Source: Chitinophagales bacterium (GTDB taxonomy: Bacteria; Bacteroidota; Bacteroidia; Chitinophagales; JADIYW01). Taken from it: a stretch of DNA of 64,000 nucleotides. Within the stretch, counting starts at the first letter, position 1. Every line of letters starts with the position of its first letter. Made by a program: the position numbers and the translations under genes. The notes beneath the pieces are model-generated. The model saw nothing but the letters and a program-made list of their open reading frames with translations. It did not search any database and was not told where the DNA came from. The stretch covers positions 74,660 through 138,659 of the forward strand of contig JAGNZZ010000003.1 of NCBI GenBank assembly GCA_017984135.1, in the 5' to 3' direction. Of the stretch, positions 8,177 through 18,116 are shown in pieces.

Positions 8177-9376
8177 ATGATAAATTTACAAAAGTCTAAG
8201 TTTTTAATCTTTACTCTATTTTGTTTCACAATAAGTTTTCCTTTTGCGAAGCCACCAAAATACAGTAATGATTTTATGTACATTGGAGTAGGTGCACATA
8301 ATTTTGGCATGGGCAATGCGGTGGTCGCCACTACGAACGATATCACTGCCGGATATTGGAATCCAGCTGGCTTAGTGCGTATTCCAACTAATTTACAATT
8401 TAGTTTCATGCATAATGAATATTTTGCTGGATTAGCCAAATATGATTATGCTGGTATTGCCTTTCCATTAGACAGCAATAAACACGCCATTGGTATTAAT
8501 TTTATGCGTTTCGGTGTAGATGATATTCCATATACGTTGGATCTAATAGAACCTGACGGAAGCGTAAATTATGATAATGTTAGAAATTTTTCTGTAGGTA
8601 ATTATGGTATTTTATTATCCTATGCATATCAAATTATTCCCAATTTATCGGTTGGAGCAACTACAAAAATCGTACATAATAAAGCAGGAAGTTTTGCTAA
8701 ATCTTGGGGTTTTGGTATTGACATTGGTGCGATGTATAAGATTAAAGATTGGCAAATCGGTATCACCGTGAAAGATATTACAACTACATTTAATGCTTGG
8801 TCCTATAATTTTACAGATAAAGAAAAAGCAATATTAGCCGACACGAGCAATGTGATTCCCAAAAACTCAACAGAAATTACCTTACCTAGAATTCAATTTG
8901 GTGTAGCCTATACTAAAACATTTAAAGATAAAATTGAATTAAAAGCTGAATTAGATTGGGAAATTACAACAGATGGTCCACGCAACACGCTTATTTCTAC
9001 AAAAAAAGTTAGCATGGATCCAAGAATTGGAATCGAGTTAGGCTTGTGGAAGATATTCTATATTCGTGGTGGAGTAAGCAATTTTCAAAAAATGTTAAAC
9101 TCCGATGGCAAGAAAACTTTTACCGTACAACCAAATCTTGGAGCTGGTTTCCGTTTTAAAAATATAGTATTTGTAGATTATGCCTACACTGATATTGGCA
9201 AAGCATCTGAAAGTCAATTTTCACATGTCGTATCTTTAAAACTTGGCATCAATAAACGAAAAAGAAAAGAAGCCGCACAGCTAATTAATGCTACAGAGCC
9301 AACTATAGAAAGTGCACCAACTACAATACCTTCTGATGTTCCGGTTGATACACCTTCTGAACCCATTCAAAAATAA
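8177..9376 (+). CDS. PorV/PorQ-family (FadL-like) outer-membrane barrel with a C-terminal Pro/Thr-rich tail
   Basis: Start moved to Met17 (signal-like FLIFTLFCFTISFPFA). Diagnostic N-terminal motif YIGVGAHNFGMGNAVVATTNDITAGYWNPAGLVRI. Beta-strand periodicity throughout, and the gene sits immediately upstream of a C25 peptidase gene. Confidence 0.6.
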   Translation: MINLQKSKFLIFTLFCFTISFPFAKPPKYSNDFMYIGVGAHNFGMGNAVVATTNDITAGYWNPAGLVRIPTNLQFSFMHNEYFAGLAKYDYAGIAFPLDSNKHAIGINFMRFGVDDIPYTLDLIEPDGSVNYDNVRNFSVGNYGILLSYAYQIIPNLSVGATTKIVHNKAGSFAKSWGFGIDIGAMYKIKDWQIGITVKDITTTFNAWSYNFTDKEKAILADTSNVIPKNSTEITLPRIQFGVAYTKTFKDKIELKAELDWEITTDGPRNTLISTKKVSMDPRIGIELGLWKIFYIRGGVSNFQKMLNSDGKKTFTVQPNLGAGFRFKNIVFVDYAYTDIGKASESQFSHVVSLKLGINKRKRKEAAQLINATEPTIESAPTTIPSDVPVDTPSEPIQK

Positions 9377-9382
9377 TTGACA

Positions 9383-12300
9383 ATGAAAAAATTTTTACAT
9401 ATTATCTGTTTAATGGGATTTTTTTCCATCTGTCATGCACAGCAATACGGCAATGAATGGATAGATTATTCAAAAACATATTACAAGTTCAAATTAGGAA
9501 AAACAAGCCTTTATCGAATCACTTATTCATCTTTAATCAATTTAGGCATTCCTAATAATCAATTACGTGGTACCAATTTTAAATTAATTCGCAACGGAAA
9601 AGAAGTTCCGTTATATGTAACCACGAATGGTCCATTCGGAGCTGCGGATTTTATTGAATTTTATGGAGAAAAAAATGATGGTAAACCGGATTCATTATTA
9701 TATAAAAATCCCGAAGACCAACCTCATAATAAGATAAGTTTATTTACTGACACGGCAGTTTGTTTTTTAACCATTGATCCATTTAGCATTAATGCTCGTG
9801 TCACCCAACAAACCAATGATTTAAGTTCTATTCCTATACCGGAAAAATTCTGTTACTATTCCATTTATTTTACTGGAACAGGTTTATATAGAGGTTTACC
9901 TATTTCATCAAATTTTAGTCAATTATACAATTCTGATTTTGACAAAGGCGAAGGACATAGCTTAGGCGTCATTGCGCCAGGCACACAAACTTTTGTTGGA
10001 TTTAATACCCATTTTGTCTATAAAGAACCGTCGGTGAATGCGTATTATTATGCCAATTATGTATTACCAGAAGGCAGCCAAAACATTAGAGTTACCTATA
10101 ATGCATTTGATACCACTGATATTAATTTTGGGCCGATGGTGAAAAAATCGGTTTATACCGTAAACAGTATGAATCTAAGTGAAGGTGGATGGGCAAGATT
10201 CTATTTCGATGCACCGAGAATTATTCCAAGGCTGAATCCATTTTTAGCCGGTGTTGAACTTCAATATCCAAGGCTCTTTAATTTTAATGGACAATCAACT
10301 ATTAATTTTAGTTTTAGAAAAACAGATGATCTCTATTTTGAAATTAAAAATTTTGATGCACAATCTACTGCACCAATTTTATACGATTTAAATAATAATC
10401 AACGTTATGAAGGTATTACAGATACGGCTCTTAAATTTCATTTATTTGCAACTGCGTTAGAAAAAGATAAATTATATCTATCTTCTCAATCTTCAACCGA
10501 CATTCCAACTATATCATCTTTTACACCTACCAATTTTACAAATTTTTTAAGTGCATCGCCAGGTTCTGGCGATTACATTATTATTTCTAATAAAAAATTA
10601 AAAGCAAGTTTATCAGGAACTGATTTTGTAGAAGAATATAGGAAATATCGATCCTCCACTGCTGGTGGAAATTTTACTGCCAGAACATATTTCATCGATG
10701 AATTATACGATCAATTTGGTTTTGGAATTATAGAAAATCCGTTAGCTATTCGAAATTTTGTAAATTTTGCTTTGGATAATTTTACTATTAAACCAAAAAT
10801 GGTTTTTGTTATCGGAAAAGGATTGGATTATTCTAAAATGTACAGAAATCAAGGATTAATCAACAAAAGCCTTGTGCCTACTTTTGGGGAACCGGCATCG
10901 GATAATCTATTAACGGCAAGAAGTAGCAGTTTAAATTATCCTCAAATCGGTATCGGAAGATTGTCCGTAAAAAATGGAGATGAAATTAAAGCATATTTAG
11001 ATAAAGTAAAAGATTATGAAGCAATTTTGAATGACACTATAAATGCATCATTAACTCCATACAACAAATCATGGATGAAAAACATATTACATTTGGGTGG
11101 TGGAAACAATAATTTTGAACAACAAATAATACGGAACTATTTAGATAATTATAAAACTACAATTGAGGCGCCAAAATATGGTGGTTCTGTGAGTAGCTTA
11201 TTTAAAAACACAACTGATCCTATTCAAATTGCTCAAAATATATTTTTAGATTCCTTAATCAATTCAGGCGTTTCTTTAATCACCTTCTTTGGGCATTCTG
11301 CCACCACCACCACCGATTTTAATTTGGAGCCGGAACGAATGTCTAACTATAGAAAATATCATCTGATGCTATCAAATGGTTGCTTTATTGGTAGTGTTTT
11401 TGAAGATGCTTCTAATTTATTGAGTGAGCGATTTGTACTATTACCCAACAAAGCAGCAATCGGCTATATTGCTCCAGTTACTTACGCAGTCATCTCAAAT
11501 TTAAATTCTTACTCTTCTTCTTTTTATAATTATTTCTCCAATACTTTATACAATGATGCTATAGGAACCATATTACAAAGAACCTCAAAAGATGTGATTC
11601 TTAGTGGTATCGACATCAATCCATCCATTGGACATCAAATGATTTTTCATGGCGATCCTGGATTGAGAATAAACACACATTTTAAACCCGATTTTTACAT
11701 TGATGAAAGTAGTGTGTCCTTTGAACCACAGAATATCAATGCCGCCGCCGATTCGTTTTTAATAAAATTAATAGTACGCAATTTAGGTGCAGCAGTACCA
11801 GATAATTATATTATTAATGTAGATCGAATTTTTCCAAATGGACAAATTCAAGCAACTAGCGTAAATGTACCAAGCGCCCGTAATATAGATACTGTTCTAA
11901 TATGGATAAAATCAGATCGAATTAATGGCCCTGGATTAAATTCCTTTAAAATAAAAGTGGACTACGCAAATGCTATTGCAGAATATTCGGAATTGAATAA
12001 TGAAATAAACGTCACAAAACTCATTTTGGCGGATGATATTATTCCCATTTTCCCTTATGAATTTTGTATCGTCAACGACGCAAACCATGAGCTTGTATTT
12101 TCGACGGCCAATCCTTTCGCAACACCAAAATCATATATTTTTCAAATTGATACTACTGAAAACTTTAACAGTCCATTATTAACACAATTAAAAACTACAG
12201 CACCTGGTGCCACCATTAAATGGAACCCAACTATTCCTTTAATAGAAAATAAAGTATATTACTGGCGAGGTACATTAGATACAACGGTAGGCAATCCGGC

Positions 12301-14374
12301 AAATTGGAAAAAAAGTTCATTTTTATACAATACATCGCTTTCTACTGGATGGAATCAATCGCATTATTTTCAATATTTACGAAATTCATACAGCACGCTA
12401 AATTTAAAAACAGATCGAGATTTTCATTATCCTAATACGGTAAGAACTTTGCAAATCAGAAATGGAATTATCTATGATCAATTAATTGAAGCATTTTGGG
12501 ATGGCTATCTAATTGCCAGAAATGCATGGGCTCGAAAAGGATTTATTTTCTTTGTGTATGATGCTAATACTGGACAAAATTGGCAAACCTTTCAAATTGG
12601 CAACACATGTCGTGGACCATGGAATGACATCACCTGTAATCGATATCCAATAAATGTCATTGAGTTTATAACCAATGATTTCGCAAATGGAAAAACATAC
12701 CGACAAGATGTTGCCAACTTTATCAATTCTATTCCTTGCAATGCGTATGTAATGGGTTATAGTTTTTATAATGCTGGTTATTCTCAATGGCTCGTTGATA
12801 GTTTAAATGTGGGTGATGCTAATTTATATCAAGCATTTGAAAATTTAGGAGTAACAAAAATTCGCCAACAGCAAGAAAATGCTCCTTTTGTTTTCTTCTT
12901 GCAAAAATGCAATAATAGTTTAGCCCCTATTCAAATACAACGATTTAGTCCGGATATCATCGATACAACTTTTACGTTTAGTGGCTCCTGGAATAAGGGC
13001 AGTATGGAAACGCCTATTATTGGTCCTGCAAGTAGCTGGACAGACTTCCACATGGATTGGCACTCTAAAGAAACACCAACCTCTTTTGATGAAGGTACTG
13101 TAAATTTATACGGCTATGGAATTAATGGCACACGAACTTTATTGAGAACTGATTTGCTTAAAAACAATGTCACTCCGGTAAGTATAGACGCACAACAGTT
13201 TCCATTTTTACAAATGCAATGGCTGACGAAAGACGACTCCATGAGCACGCCTCCACAAATGGATTTTTGGCGATTGTATTATGCAAAAGCTCCTGAAGCC
13301 GTTGTCAATCCTAGCATATATTTTTCAAAAACAAGAGACAGCATTATTTCTGGTGAAAACTTTAATATGTCTGTCGCCGTAGAAAATGTTTCACCAATAA
13401 ACATGGATAGTTTATTGGTGAAATTTATTATTAAAGATGCTTCCGGAAATATTACATCGTTTTATCAACGCTTTGCTCCATTACCCGGAAAATCACATAT
13501 AAATATCGACTTTAATTACACCTTTTCCGGATTTAATTTCTTTGGATTAAATTATGTAACAGTTGAAGTCAATCCGGATGACGACCAAATTGAACAATTT
13601 CATTTCAATAATTTTGCTGAATTTACAGTTTTCATAGAACGCGATAAAATCAATCCACTTCTAGATATTACTTTTGATGGCAGACATATTATTGATGGAG
13701 AATATGTATCTGCAAATCCAGAAATTTTATTCCGTTTAAAAGATGAAAATAAATATTTGGCACTGAATGATACTTCCGGATTTTTAATCTATTTATACTA
13801 TCCCAACAACCCTGAACCTGTTCAGGTTTCTGCCAACAGACCGGACGTAACGTTTATGCCTGCAACCAATTTAAATCTTGGAAAAAATAATGAAGCTCGA
13901 TTGATTTTCAAACCAACATTAGCCGATGGAACGTATGAAATACGCGCTCAAGGAATTGACCGCAGTAAAAATGATGCTGGAAAATATGATTACAGAATAC
14001 AGTTCAAAGTGGATTCTAAACCTTCTATCACGAATGTCTTAAATTATCCAAATCCATTTTCATCTACTACACAATTTGTTTTCACATTAACAGGTGCAAG
14101 CATTCCTGATCAATTAATTATCCAAATATTTAGTGCCTCCGGAAAAGTAGTTAAAGAAATAACACGTGCTGATTTGGGAAATTTACATATCGGTGTAAAC
14201 GTTACGGATTACAAATGGGATGGCACTGATAATTTTGGTGATCGATTGGCAAATGGTGTTTATTTTTATCGTGTAATGACTAAAAATATCGATGGTACAT
14301 CTACTGAAATCAAAGAAAGTTCAATAGATAAATACTTCAAAAAAGGATATGGAAAATTGTATATTTTCCGCTAG
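9383..14374 (+). CDS. Very large secreted C25-family (gingipain/PorU-like) cysteine peptidase, 1,663 aa
   Basis: The ATG at 9383 gives the signal peptide MKKFLHIICLMGFFSICHAQQ. C25 blocks are VIGKGLDYS, VPTFGEPASDNLL, HLGGGNN, catalytic-type His in FFGHS (11294-11296) and Cys in LSNGCFIG (11381-11383). There are CARDB-like modules (NLGAAVPDNYIINV..., FNMSVAVENVSPINMDSL...). The C-terminus is FlgD-Ig/T9SS-CTD-like: NYPNPFSS...YKWDGTDNFGDRLANGVYFYRV. Confidence 0.8.
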   Translation: MKKFLHIICLMGFFSICHAQQYGNEWIDYSKTYYKFKLGKTSLYRITYSSLINLGIPNNQLRGTNFKLIRNGKEVPLYVTTNGPFGAADFIEFYGEKNDGKPDSLLYKNPEDQPHNKISLFTDTAVCFLTIDPFSINARVTQQTNDLSSIPIPEKFCYYSIYFTGTGLYRGLPISSNFSQLYNSDFDKGEGHSLGVIAPGTQTFVGFNTHFVYKEPSVNAYYYANYVLPEGSQNIRVTYNAFDTTDINFGPMVKKSVYTVNSMNLSEGGWARFYFDAPRIIPRLNPFLAGVELQYPRLFNFNGQSTINFSFRKTDDLYFEIKNFDAQSTAPILYDLNNNQRYEGITDTALKFHLFATALEKDKLYLSSQSSTDIPTISSFTPTNFTNFLSASPGSGDYIIISNKKLKASLSGTDFVEEYRKYRSSTAGGNFTARTYFIDELYDQFGFGIIENPLAIRNFVNFALDNFTIKPKMVFVIGKGLDYSKMYRNQGLINKSLVPTFGEPASDNLLTARSSSLNYPQIGIGRLSVKNGDEIKAYLDKVKDYEAILNDTINASLTPYNKSWMKNILHLGGGNNNFEQQIIRNYLDNYKTTIEAPKYGGSVSSLFKNTTDPIQIAQNIFLDSLINSGVSLITFFGHSATTTTDFNLEPERMSNYRKYHLMLSNGCFIGSVFEDASNLLSERFVLLPNKAAIGYIAPVTYAVISNLNSYSSSFYNYFSNTLYNDAIGTILQRTSKDVILSGIDINPSIGHQMIFHGDPGLRINTHFKPDFYIDESSVSFEPQNINAAADSFLIKLIVRNLGAAVPDNYIINVDRIFPNGQIQATSVNVPSARNIDTVLIWIKSDRINGPGLNSFKIKVDYANAIAEYSELNNEINVTKLILADDIIPIFPYEFCIVNDANHELVFSTANPFATPKSYIFQIDTTENFNSPLLTQLKTTAPGATIKWNPTIPLIENKVYYWRGTLDTTVGNPANWKKSSFLYNTSLSTGWNQSHYFQYLRNSYSTLNLKTDRDFHYPNTVRTLQIRNGIIYDQLIEAFWDGYLIARNAWARKGFIFFVYDANTGQNWQTFQIGNTCRGPWNDITCNRYPINVIEFITNDFANGKTYRQDVANFINSIPCNAYVMGYSFYNAGYSQWLVDSLNVGDANLYQAFENLGVTKIRQQQENAPFVFFLQKCNNSLAPIQIQRFSPDIIDTTFTFSGSWNKGSMETPIIGPASSWTDFHMDWHSKETPTSFDEGTVNLYGYGINGTRTLLRTDLLKNNVTPVSIDAQQFPFLQMQWLTKDDSMSTPPQMDFWRLYYAKAPEAVVNPSIYFSKTRDSIISGENFNMSVAVENVSPINMDSLLVKFIIKDASGNITSFYQRFAPLPGKSHINIDFNYTFSGFNFFGLNYVTVEVNPDDDQIEQFHFNNFAEFTVFIERDKINPLLDITFDGRHIIDGEYVSANPEILFRLKDENKYLALNDTSGFLIYLYYPNNPEPVQVSANRPDVTFMPATNLNLGKNNEARLIFKPTLADGTYEIRAQGIDRSKNDAGKYDYRIQFKVDSKPSITNVLNYPNPFSSTTQFVFTLTGASIPDQLIIQIFSASGKVVKEITRADLGNLHIGVNVTDYKWDGTDNFGDRLANGVYFYRVMTKNIDGTSTEIKESSIDKYFKKGYGKLYIFR

Positions 14375-14396
14375 AAAATCAACATAAAAAAGTAGA

Positions 14397-14426
14397 AAAT
14401 GGGACAATAAAATGTTCCATTTTTTT
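14397..14426. terminator. Rho-independent terminator shared by convergent genes
   Basis: AAATGGGACA (14397-14406) pairs with TGTTCCATTT (14413-14422) with one G-U pair. A T-run follows and overlaps the lpdA stop codon. Confidence 0.6.
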
Positions 14427-15816
14427 ATAAATGAATGACTTCACCATAAGCAACCGCAGTAGCTTCCATAATGGCTTCACTCATGGTTGGATGTGGATGT
14501 ACTGATTTTAAGATTTGCAGGCCAGTAGTTTCTAATTTCCTGGCAACTATTATTTCAGCAATTAATTCTGTTACATTTTCTCCTACTAAATGAGCACCTA
14601 ATAATTCTCCATATTTTTTATCAAAAATAAGCTTTACAAAACCATCTGATTTTCCGGCAGCTTTGGCTTTTCCACTTGCCGAAAATGGAAATTTGCCAAT
14701 TAAAACATCCAATTTTTTTCCTCTCGCTTGCTGTTCCGTTAAACCCACGCTTGCCACTTCAGGTGAGCAATATGTACAACTTGGAATATTTCCATAATCC
14801 AAAGGTTGAGGATGATGTCCAGCCATGTGTTCCACCGCAATGATTCCTTCTGCACTAGCTACATGTGCCAATGCTTGTCCTTTTACTATATCACCGATGG
14901 CATAAACACCTTCAATATTTGTTTGATAATATGAATTTACTTTTACCTTATCGTGTTCCGTTTGAATTCCACATATATCCAAGCCAATATTTTCTATATT
15001 AGCTGAAACGCCTGCAGCACTTAGTACAAAATCTGTTTCAAAGAGTTGCTCACCATCTTTTGAATTTACCAATAATTGCACTTTGTCGCCTATTATTTTT
15101 GAGGATAAAACGCGTGAAGAAGTTAAAATATTCATGCCTTTTTTAGAAAAAAGTTTCTCTAATGTCTTGCTGATTTCTTTGTCTTCAATCGGCAAAATAG
15201 AATCCATAAATTCGATTAATGTTACTTCGCATCCCATAGTTTGGTAGAAATAAGCAAACTCTACGCCTATTGCGCCGGCACCAACAATCACCATATTTTT
15301 AGGTAGTTTTTGTAACACCATGGCTTTTCTATAATCAATAATTTTATTGCCATCAATAGGTAGAGATAAAAGTTGTTTAGCACGACCACCTGTGGCCAAT
15401 AAAATAAAATTTGATTTTAAAATTTTAATGCCACCTTCATTTAATGTAATTTCTACACGTTTGCCTGGTAATACTTTTCCATATCCATAAATGACTTCAA
15501 TATTATTTTTTTTCATCAAAAACTGAATACCTTTGCTCATGCCATCTGCTACGCTTCTACTCCTACTGATTACTGCATTGAAGTTTAAATCGGCTGATTT
15601 TATATCAATTCCATATTCGCTTGCATGATTGATGTAATCAAAAACCTGAGCAGATTTTAATAATGCCTTTGTTGGAATACAACCCCAATTTAAGCAAATA
15701 CCTCCTAAATTTTCTTTTTCTATAATTGCCACTTTTAGTCCCAATTGTGCTGCTCGAATTGCAGCAACATAACCGCCTGGTCCAGAGCCAATCACAATTA
15801 AATCGAAATTAGTCAT
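14425..15816 (-). CDS. lpdA: Dihydrolipoyl dehydrogenase (E3)
   Basis: FAD motif VIGSGPGGY, redox-active disulfide GGICLNWGCIPTK, NAD motif VGAGAIGVEF, and C-terminal HPHPTMSE interface motif. Confidence 0.93.
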   Translation of the reverse strand: MTNFDLIVIGSGPGGYVAAIRAAQLGLKVAIIEKENLGGICLNWGCIPTKALLKSAQVFDYINHASEYGIDIKSADLNFNAVISRSRSVADGMSKGIQFLMKKNNIEVIYGYGKVLPGKRVEITLNEGGIKILKSNFILLATGGRAKQLLSLPIDGNKIIDYRKAMVLQKLPKNMVIVGAGAIGVEFAYFYQTMGCEVTLIEFMDSILPIEDKEISKTLEKLFSKKGMNILTSSRVLSSKIIGDKVQLLVNSKDGEQLFETDFVLSAAGVSANIENIGLDICGIQTEHDKVKVNSYYQTNIEGVYAIGDIVKGQALAHVASAEGIIAVEHMAGHHPQPLDYGNIPSCTYCSPEVASVGLTEQQARGKKLDVLIGKFPFSASGKAKAAGKSDGFVKLIFDKKYGELLGAHLVGENVTELIAEIIVARKLETTGLQILKSVHPHPTMSEAIMEATAVAYGEVIHL

Positions 15817-15914
15817 AGTATAAGTTTATGTTGATTTATGAAAATGTAGAAAGTATTCACTTGAAATTCATTAATTTTAATTTCTATTACTTTACAATAC
15901 GAATTTACGGAAAT

Positions 15915-17102
15915 ATGGAATTAAAAGATAGCATAAAAAAATTAGCTGATACTTATGGTGAAGAACTAATCAATATACGAAGACATTTGCATGCACATCC
16001 TGAATTAAGTTTTGAGGAAGTGGAAACGGCGAATTATATATCTTCGGTTTTAACATCTTATGGAATTGAACACCAAACTAATATTGGTGGACATGGAATT
16101 GTAGGTCTAATAAAGGGAATAAATCCGACTAAAAAAACAATTGCGTTACGAGCTGATATAGATGCATTGCCAATAGAAGAAAAAAATAATTGTACATATA
16201 TTTCTCAAAATAAAGGTGTCATGCATGCATGCGGGCATGATGTACATACTACCTGTTTATTGGGTGCATTAAAAATAGTAAATGAGCTTAAAAATAATTT
16301 TGAAGGAACCTTAAAATTTATTTTTCAGCCAGCTGAAGAAAAATTACCAGGTGGTGCTTCAATAATGATAAAAGAAGGTGTACTTAAAAATCCAGATGTT
16401 GAACTTATTGTTGGGCAACATGTATTACCACAATTAGAGATCGGTAAAGTCGCATTTAAGCCAGGAATTGCAATGGCAAGTTGTGATGAGATATATGTAA
16501 CCGTGAAAGGGAAAGGTGGACATGGTGCTGTGCCTAATTTAGCAATCGATTCTGTTTTAATTGCTTCTCAAATTGTTGTGGCACTTCAAAGTGTGGTGAG
16601 TAGAAATGCGAATCCTATATTGCCAAGTGTTTTAACTATAGGAAAATTTATTGCTAATGGTGCAACCAATATAATTCCAGAAGAAGTAAAATTAGAAGGA
16701 ACATTTAGGACGTTTGATGAAAAATGGCGTTTGGAAGCACATGAAAAAATAAAATTAATTTGTCAATCTATAGCTGAAAGCTTTGGAGGTACTTGTGAAA
16801 TTTTTATCGATAAAGGATATCCATTCTTAAAAAATGACGAAACTATTACCAAGCAATCATTTATATTAGCTCAAGAATATTTAGGCAGAGAAAATGTAGA
16901 AGAAATGCCAGCACGCATGACAGCAGAAGATTTTTCTTATTATTCACAAGTTGTACCAGCTTGCTTTTATCGATTAGGAACTGGCAATGCCACTAAAGGA
17001 ATTACATCATCCATACACACACCTACTTTTGATGTGGACGAACAATGTTTGTCAATAGGTGCTGGATTAATGGCATGGATGGCTATCCATCATTTAAAAT
17101 AA
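15915..17102 (+). CDS. M20D-family amidohydrolase (N-acyl-L-amino-acid amidohydrolase / hippuricase-like)
   Basis: Start moved to Met30 (MELKDSIKKL...). Motifs LHAHPELSFEE, ALRADIDALP and MHACGHDVHT. Confidence 0.85.
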   Translation: MELKDSIKKLADTYGEELINIRRHLHAHPELSFEEVETANYISSVLTSYGIEHQTNIGGHGIVGLIKGINPTKKTIALRADIDALPIEEKNNCTYISQNKGVMHACGHDVHTTCLLGALKIVNELKNNFEGTLKFIFQPAEEKLPGGASIMIKEGVLKNPDVELIVGQHVLPQLEIGKVAFKPGIAMASCDEIYVTVKGKGGHGAVPNLAIDSVLIASQIVVALQSVVSRNANPILPSVLTIGKFIANGATNIIPEEVKLEGTFRTFDEKWRLEAHEKIKLICQSIAESFGGTCEIFIDKGYPFLKNDETITKQSFILAQEYLGRENVEEMPARMTAEDFSYYSQVVPACFYRLGTGNATKGITSSIHTPTFDVDEQCLSIGAGLMAWMAIHHLK

Positions 17103-17125
17103 AAAACGCTTCAATACATTGAAGC
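17101..17125 (-). terminator. Probable terminator of the YceI-like gene
   Basis: Stem CGCTTCA (17106-17112) pairs with TGAAGCG (17119-17125). The A-run at 17101-17105 becomes a U-tract on the minus-strand transcript. Confidence 0.45.
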
Positions 17126-17149
17126 GCTATCTACATATTTTACTTGTTC

Positions 17150-17806
17150 TTATCTCTTTGCTTTTACATCTAATGCAATATTTACTTCCGGTGAAATAAA
17201 TTTATCTTTCAAAGATTTATCATTACCATACGACATATTCCATTGCGTTCTGTCAATATTAAAGTTTGCTTTTGCTGTAATTTCTGTTTCTGATATGGTA
17301 ATATTTGCAGGAAAAGTAACATTCTTTATGGCATCTTTTAAAGTCAAATTTCCACTTACTAAAGCATTTGCACCTTCTACTACTGATTTATCGGTTCCAT
17401 TTGAAGTATAACTTGTTACTTTAGTAATTTCAAACTTGGCCGTTGGATATTTTTGTACATCAAAAAAATCAGGACTTAATAAATGCCCTTTTAATTTAGT
17501 TTGAATCATTTCTCCTTCTTCTTTCAAAATCATCGATGGAATATTGATTATAAATGAACCTGCATGCACACTTCCCTCGTGAACGGATATTTTTCCGTCA
17601 GAAATTTTAAACAATCCTGGATGATTTTTTCCAACGCCATTGCCTGTAAATTCTATTGAAGATGTAGAATCTACATTATAAACTAATTCAGTCGCTTCAG
17701 CAATGGATTGAGATTCTGAAGTGTTGGCGTTGTCTCCTTTTGGAATAGTATTGCATGCACATAAAAAAAATAAAGCAAGCGTTCCTGTTAAAATTTGCGT
17801 TCTCAT
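17150..17806 (-). CDS. YceI-like lipid/polyisoprenoid-binding lipoprotein
   Basis: Lipobox LFFLCAC. YceI blocks LKGHLLSPDFFDVQKYPTAKFEI and VSGNLTLKDAIKNVTFPA. Confidence 0.8.
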   Translation of the reverse strand: MRTQILTGTLALFFLCACNTIPKGDNANTSESQSIAEATELVYNVDSTSSIEFTGNGVGKNHPGLFKISDGKISVHEGSVHAGSFIINIPSMILKEEGEMIQTKLKGHLLSPDFFDVQKYPTAKFEITKVTSYTSNGTDKSVVEGANALVSGNLTLKDAIKNVTFPANITISETEITAKANFNIDRTQWNMSYGNDKSLKDKFISPEVNIALDVKAKR

Positions 17807-17915
17807 TTTGTATTTTTATTAATTGCAAATATAACTATTGTATATACAAATGTTTGTGTAAGTTTTGTTAAATTTTGTTTTAAAGGATAAAATTTAACAA
17901 TAAAATGGGAAAGTG

Positions 17916-17999
17916 TGCCCAAAACAGGACTCGAACCTGCACAACCTTACGGTCACTACCACCTCAAAGTAGCTTGTCTACCAATTTCAACATTTGGGC
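17916..17999 (-). tRNA. tRNA-Leu (anticodon GAG), class II with long variable arm
   Basis: The reverse complement folds into a cloverleaf. Acceptor stem GCCCAAA/TTTGGGC plus discriminator A. A 3-bp D stem with a GG loop. Anticodon stem CTACT/GGTAG with loop TTGAGGT. Variable arm GACC-GTAA-GGTT. T arm GCAGG-TTCGAGT-CCTGT. CCA is not encoded. Confidence 0.9.
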
Positions 18000-18069
18000 A
18001 ATTTAAAGAAAAGGAAGAGCAAATATAATTGAATAAATGAAATAAAAATGAACTTCTATAAAATAAAAT

Positions 18070-18095
18070 AGCTCGAGTAAACACCTACTCGAGCT
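18070..18095 (-). terminator. Rho-independent terminator downstream of the porin gene
   Basis: Perfect 10-bp stem AGCTCGAGTA/TACTCGAGCT with a 6-nt loop, followed on the minus strand by a T-rich run (complement of AAATAAAAT). Confidence 0.6.
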
Positions 18096-18116
18096 AAGAA
18101 AAGTAATTTGTAGAAA

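Noticed and set aside
8122-8439. 105-aa minus-strand ORF overlapping the start of the PorV-like gene
   Set aside because: It overlaps the barrel gene and the tyrS promoter region. There is no supporting motif, and the plus-strand gene has a clear family signature.
12509-12787. 92-aa antisense ORF inside the C25 peptidase gene
   Set aside because: It is a shadow ORF within a long, well-supported coding frame.
17916-17999. tRNA-Leu as a possible integration hotspot for a genomic island
   Set aside because: There is no integrase, no duplicated tRNA 3' end, and no obvious compositional break on either side. The neighbours are a YceI-like lipoprotein and a porin.
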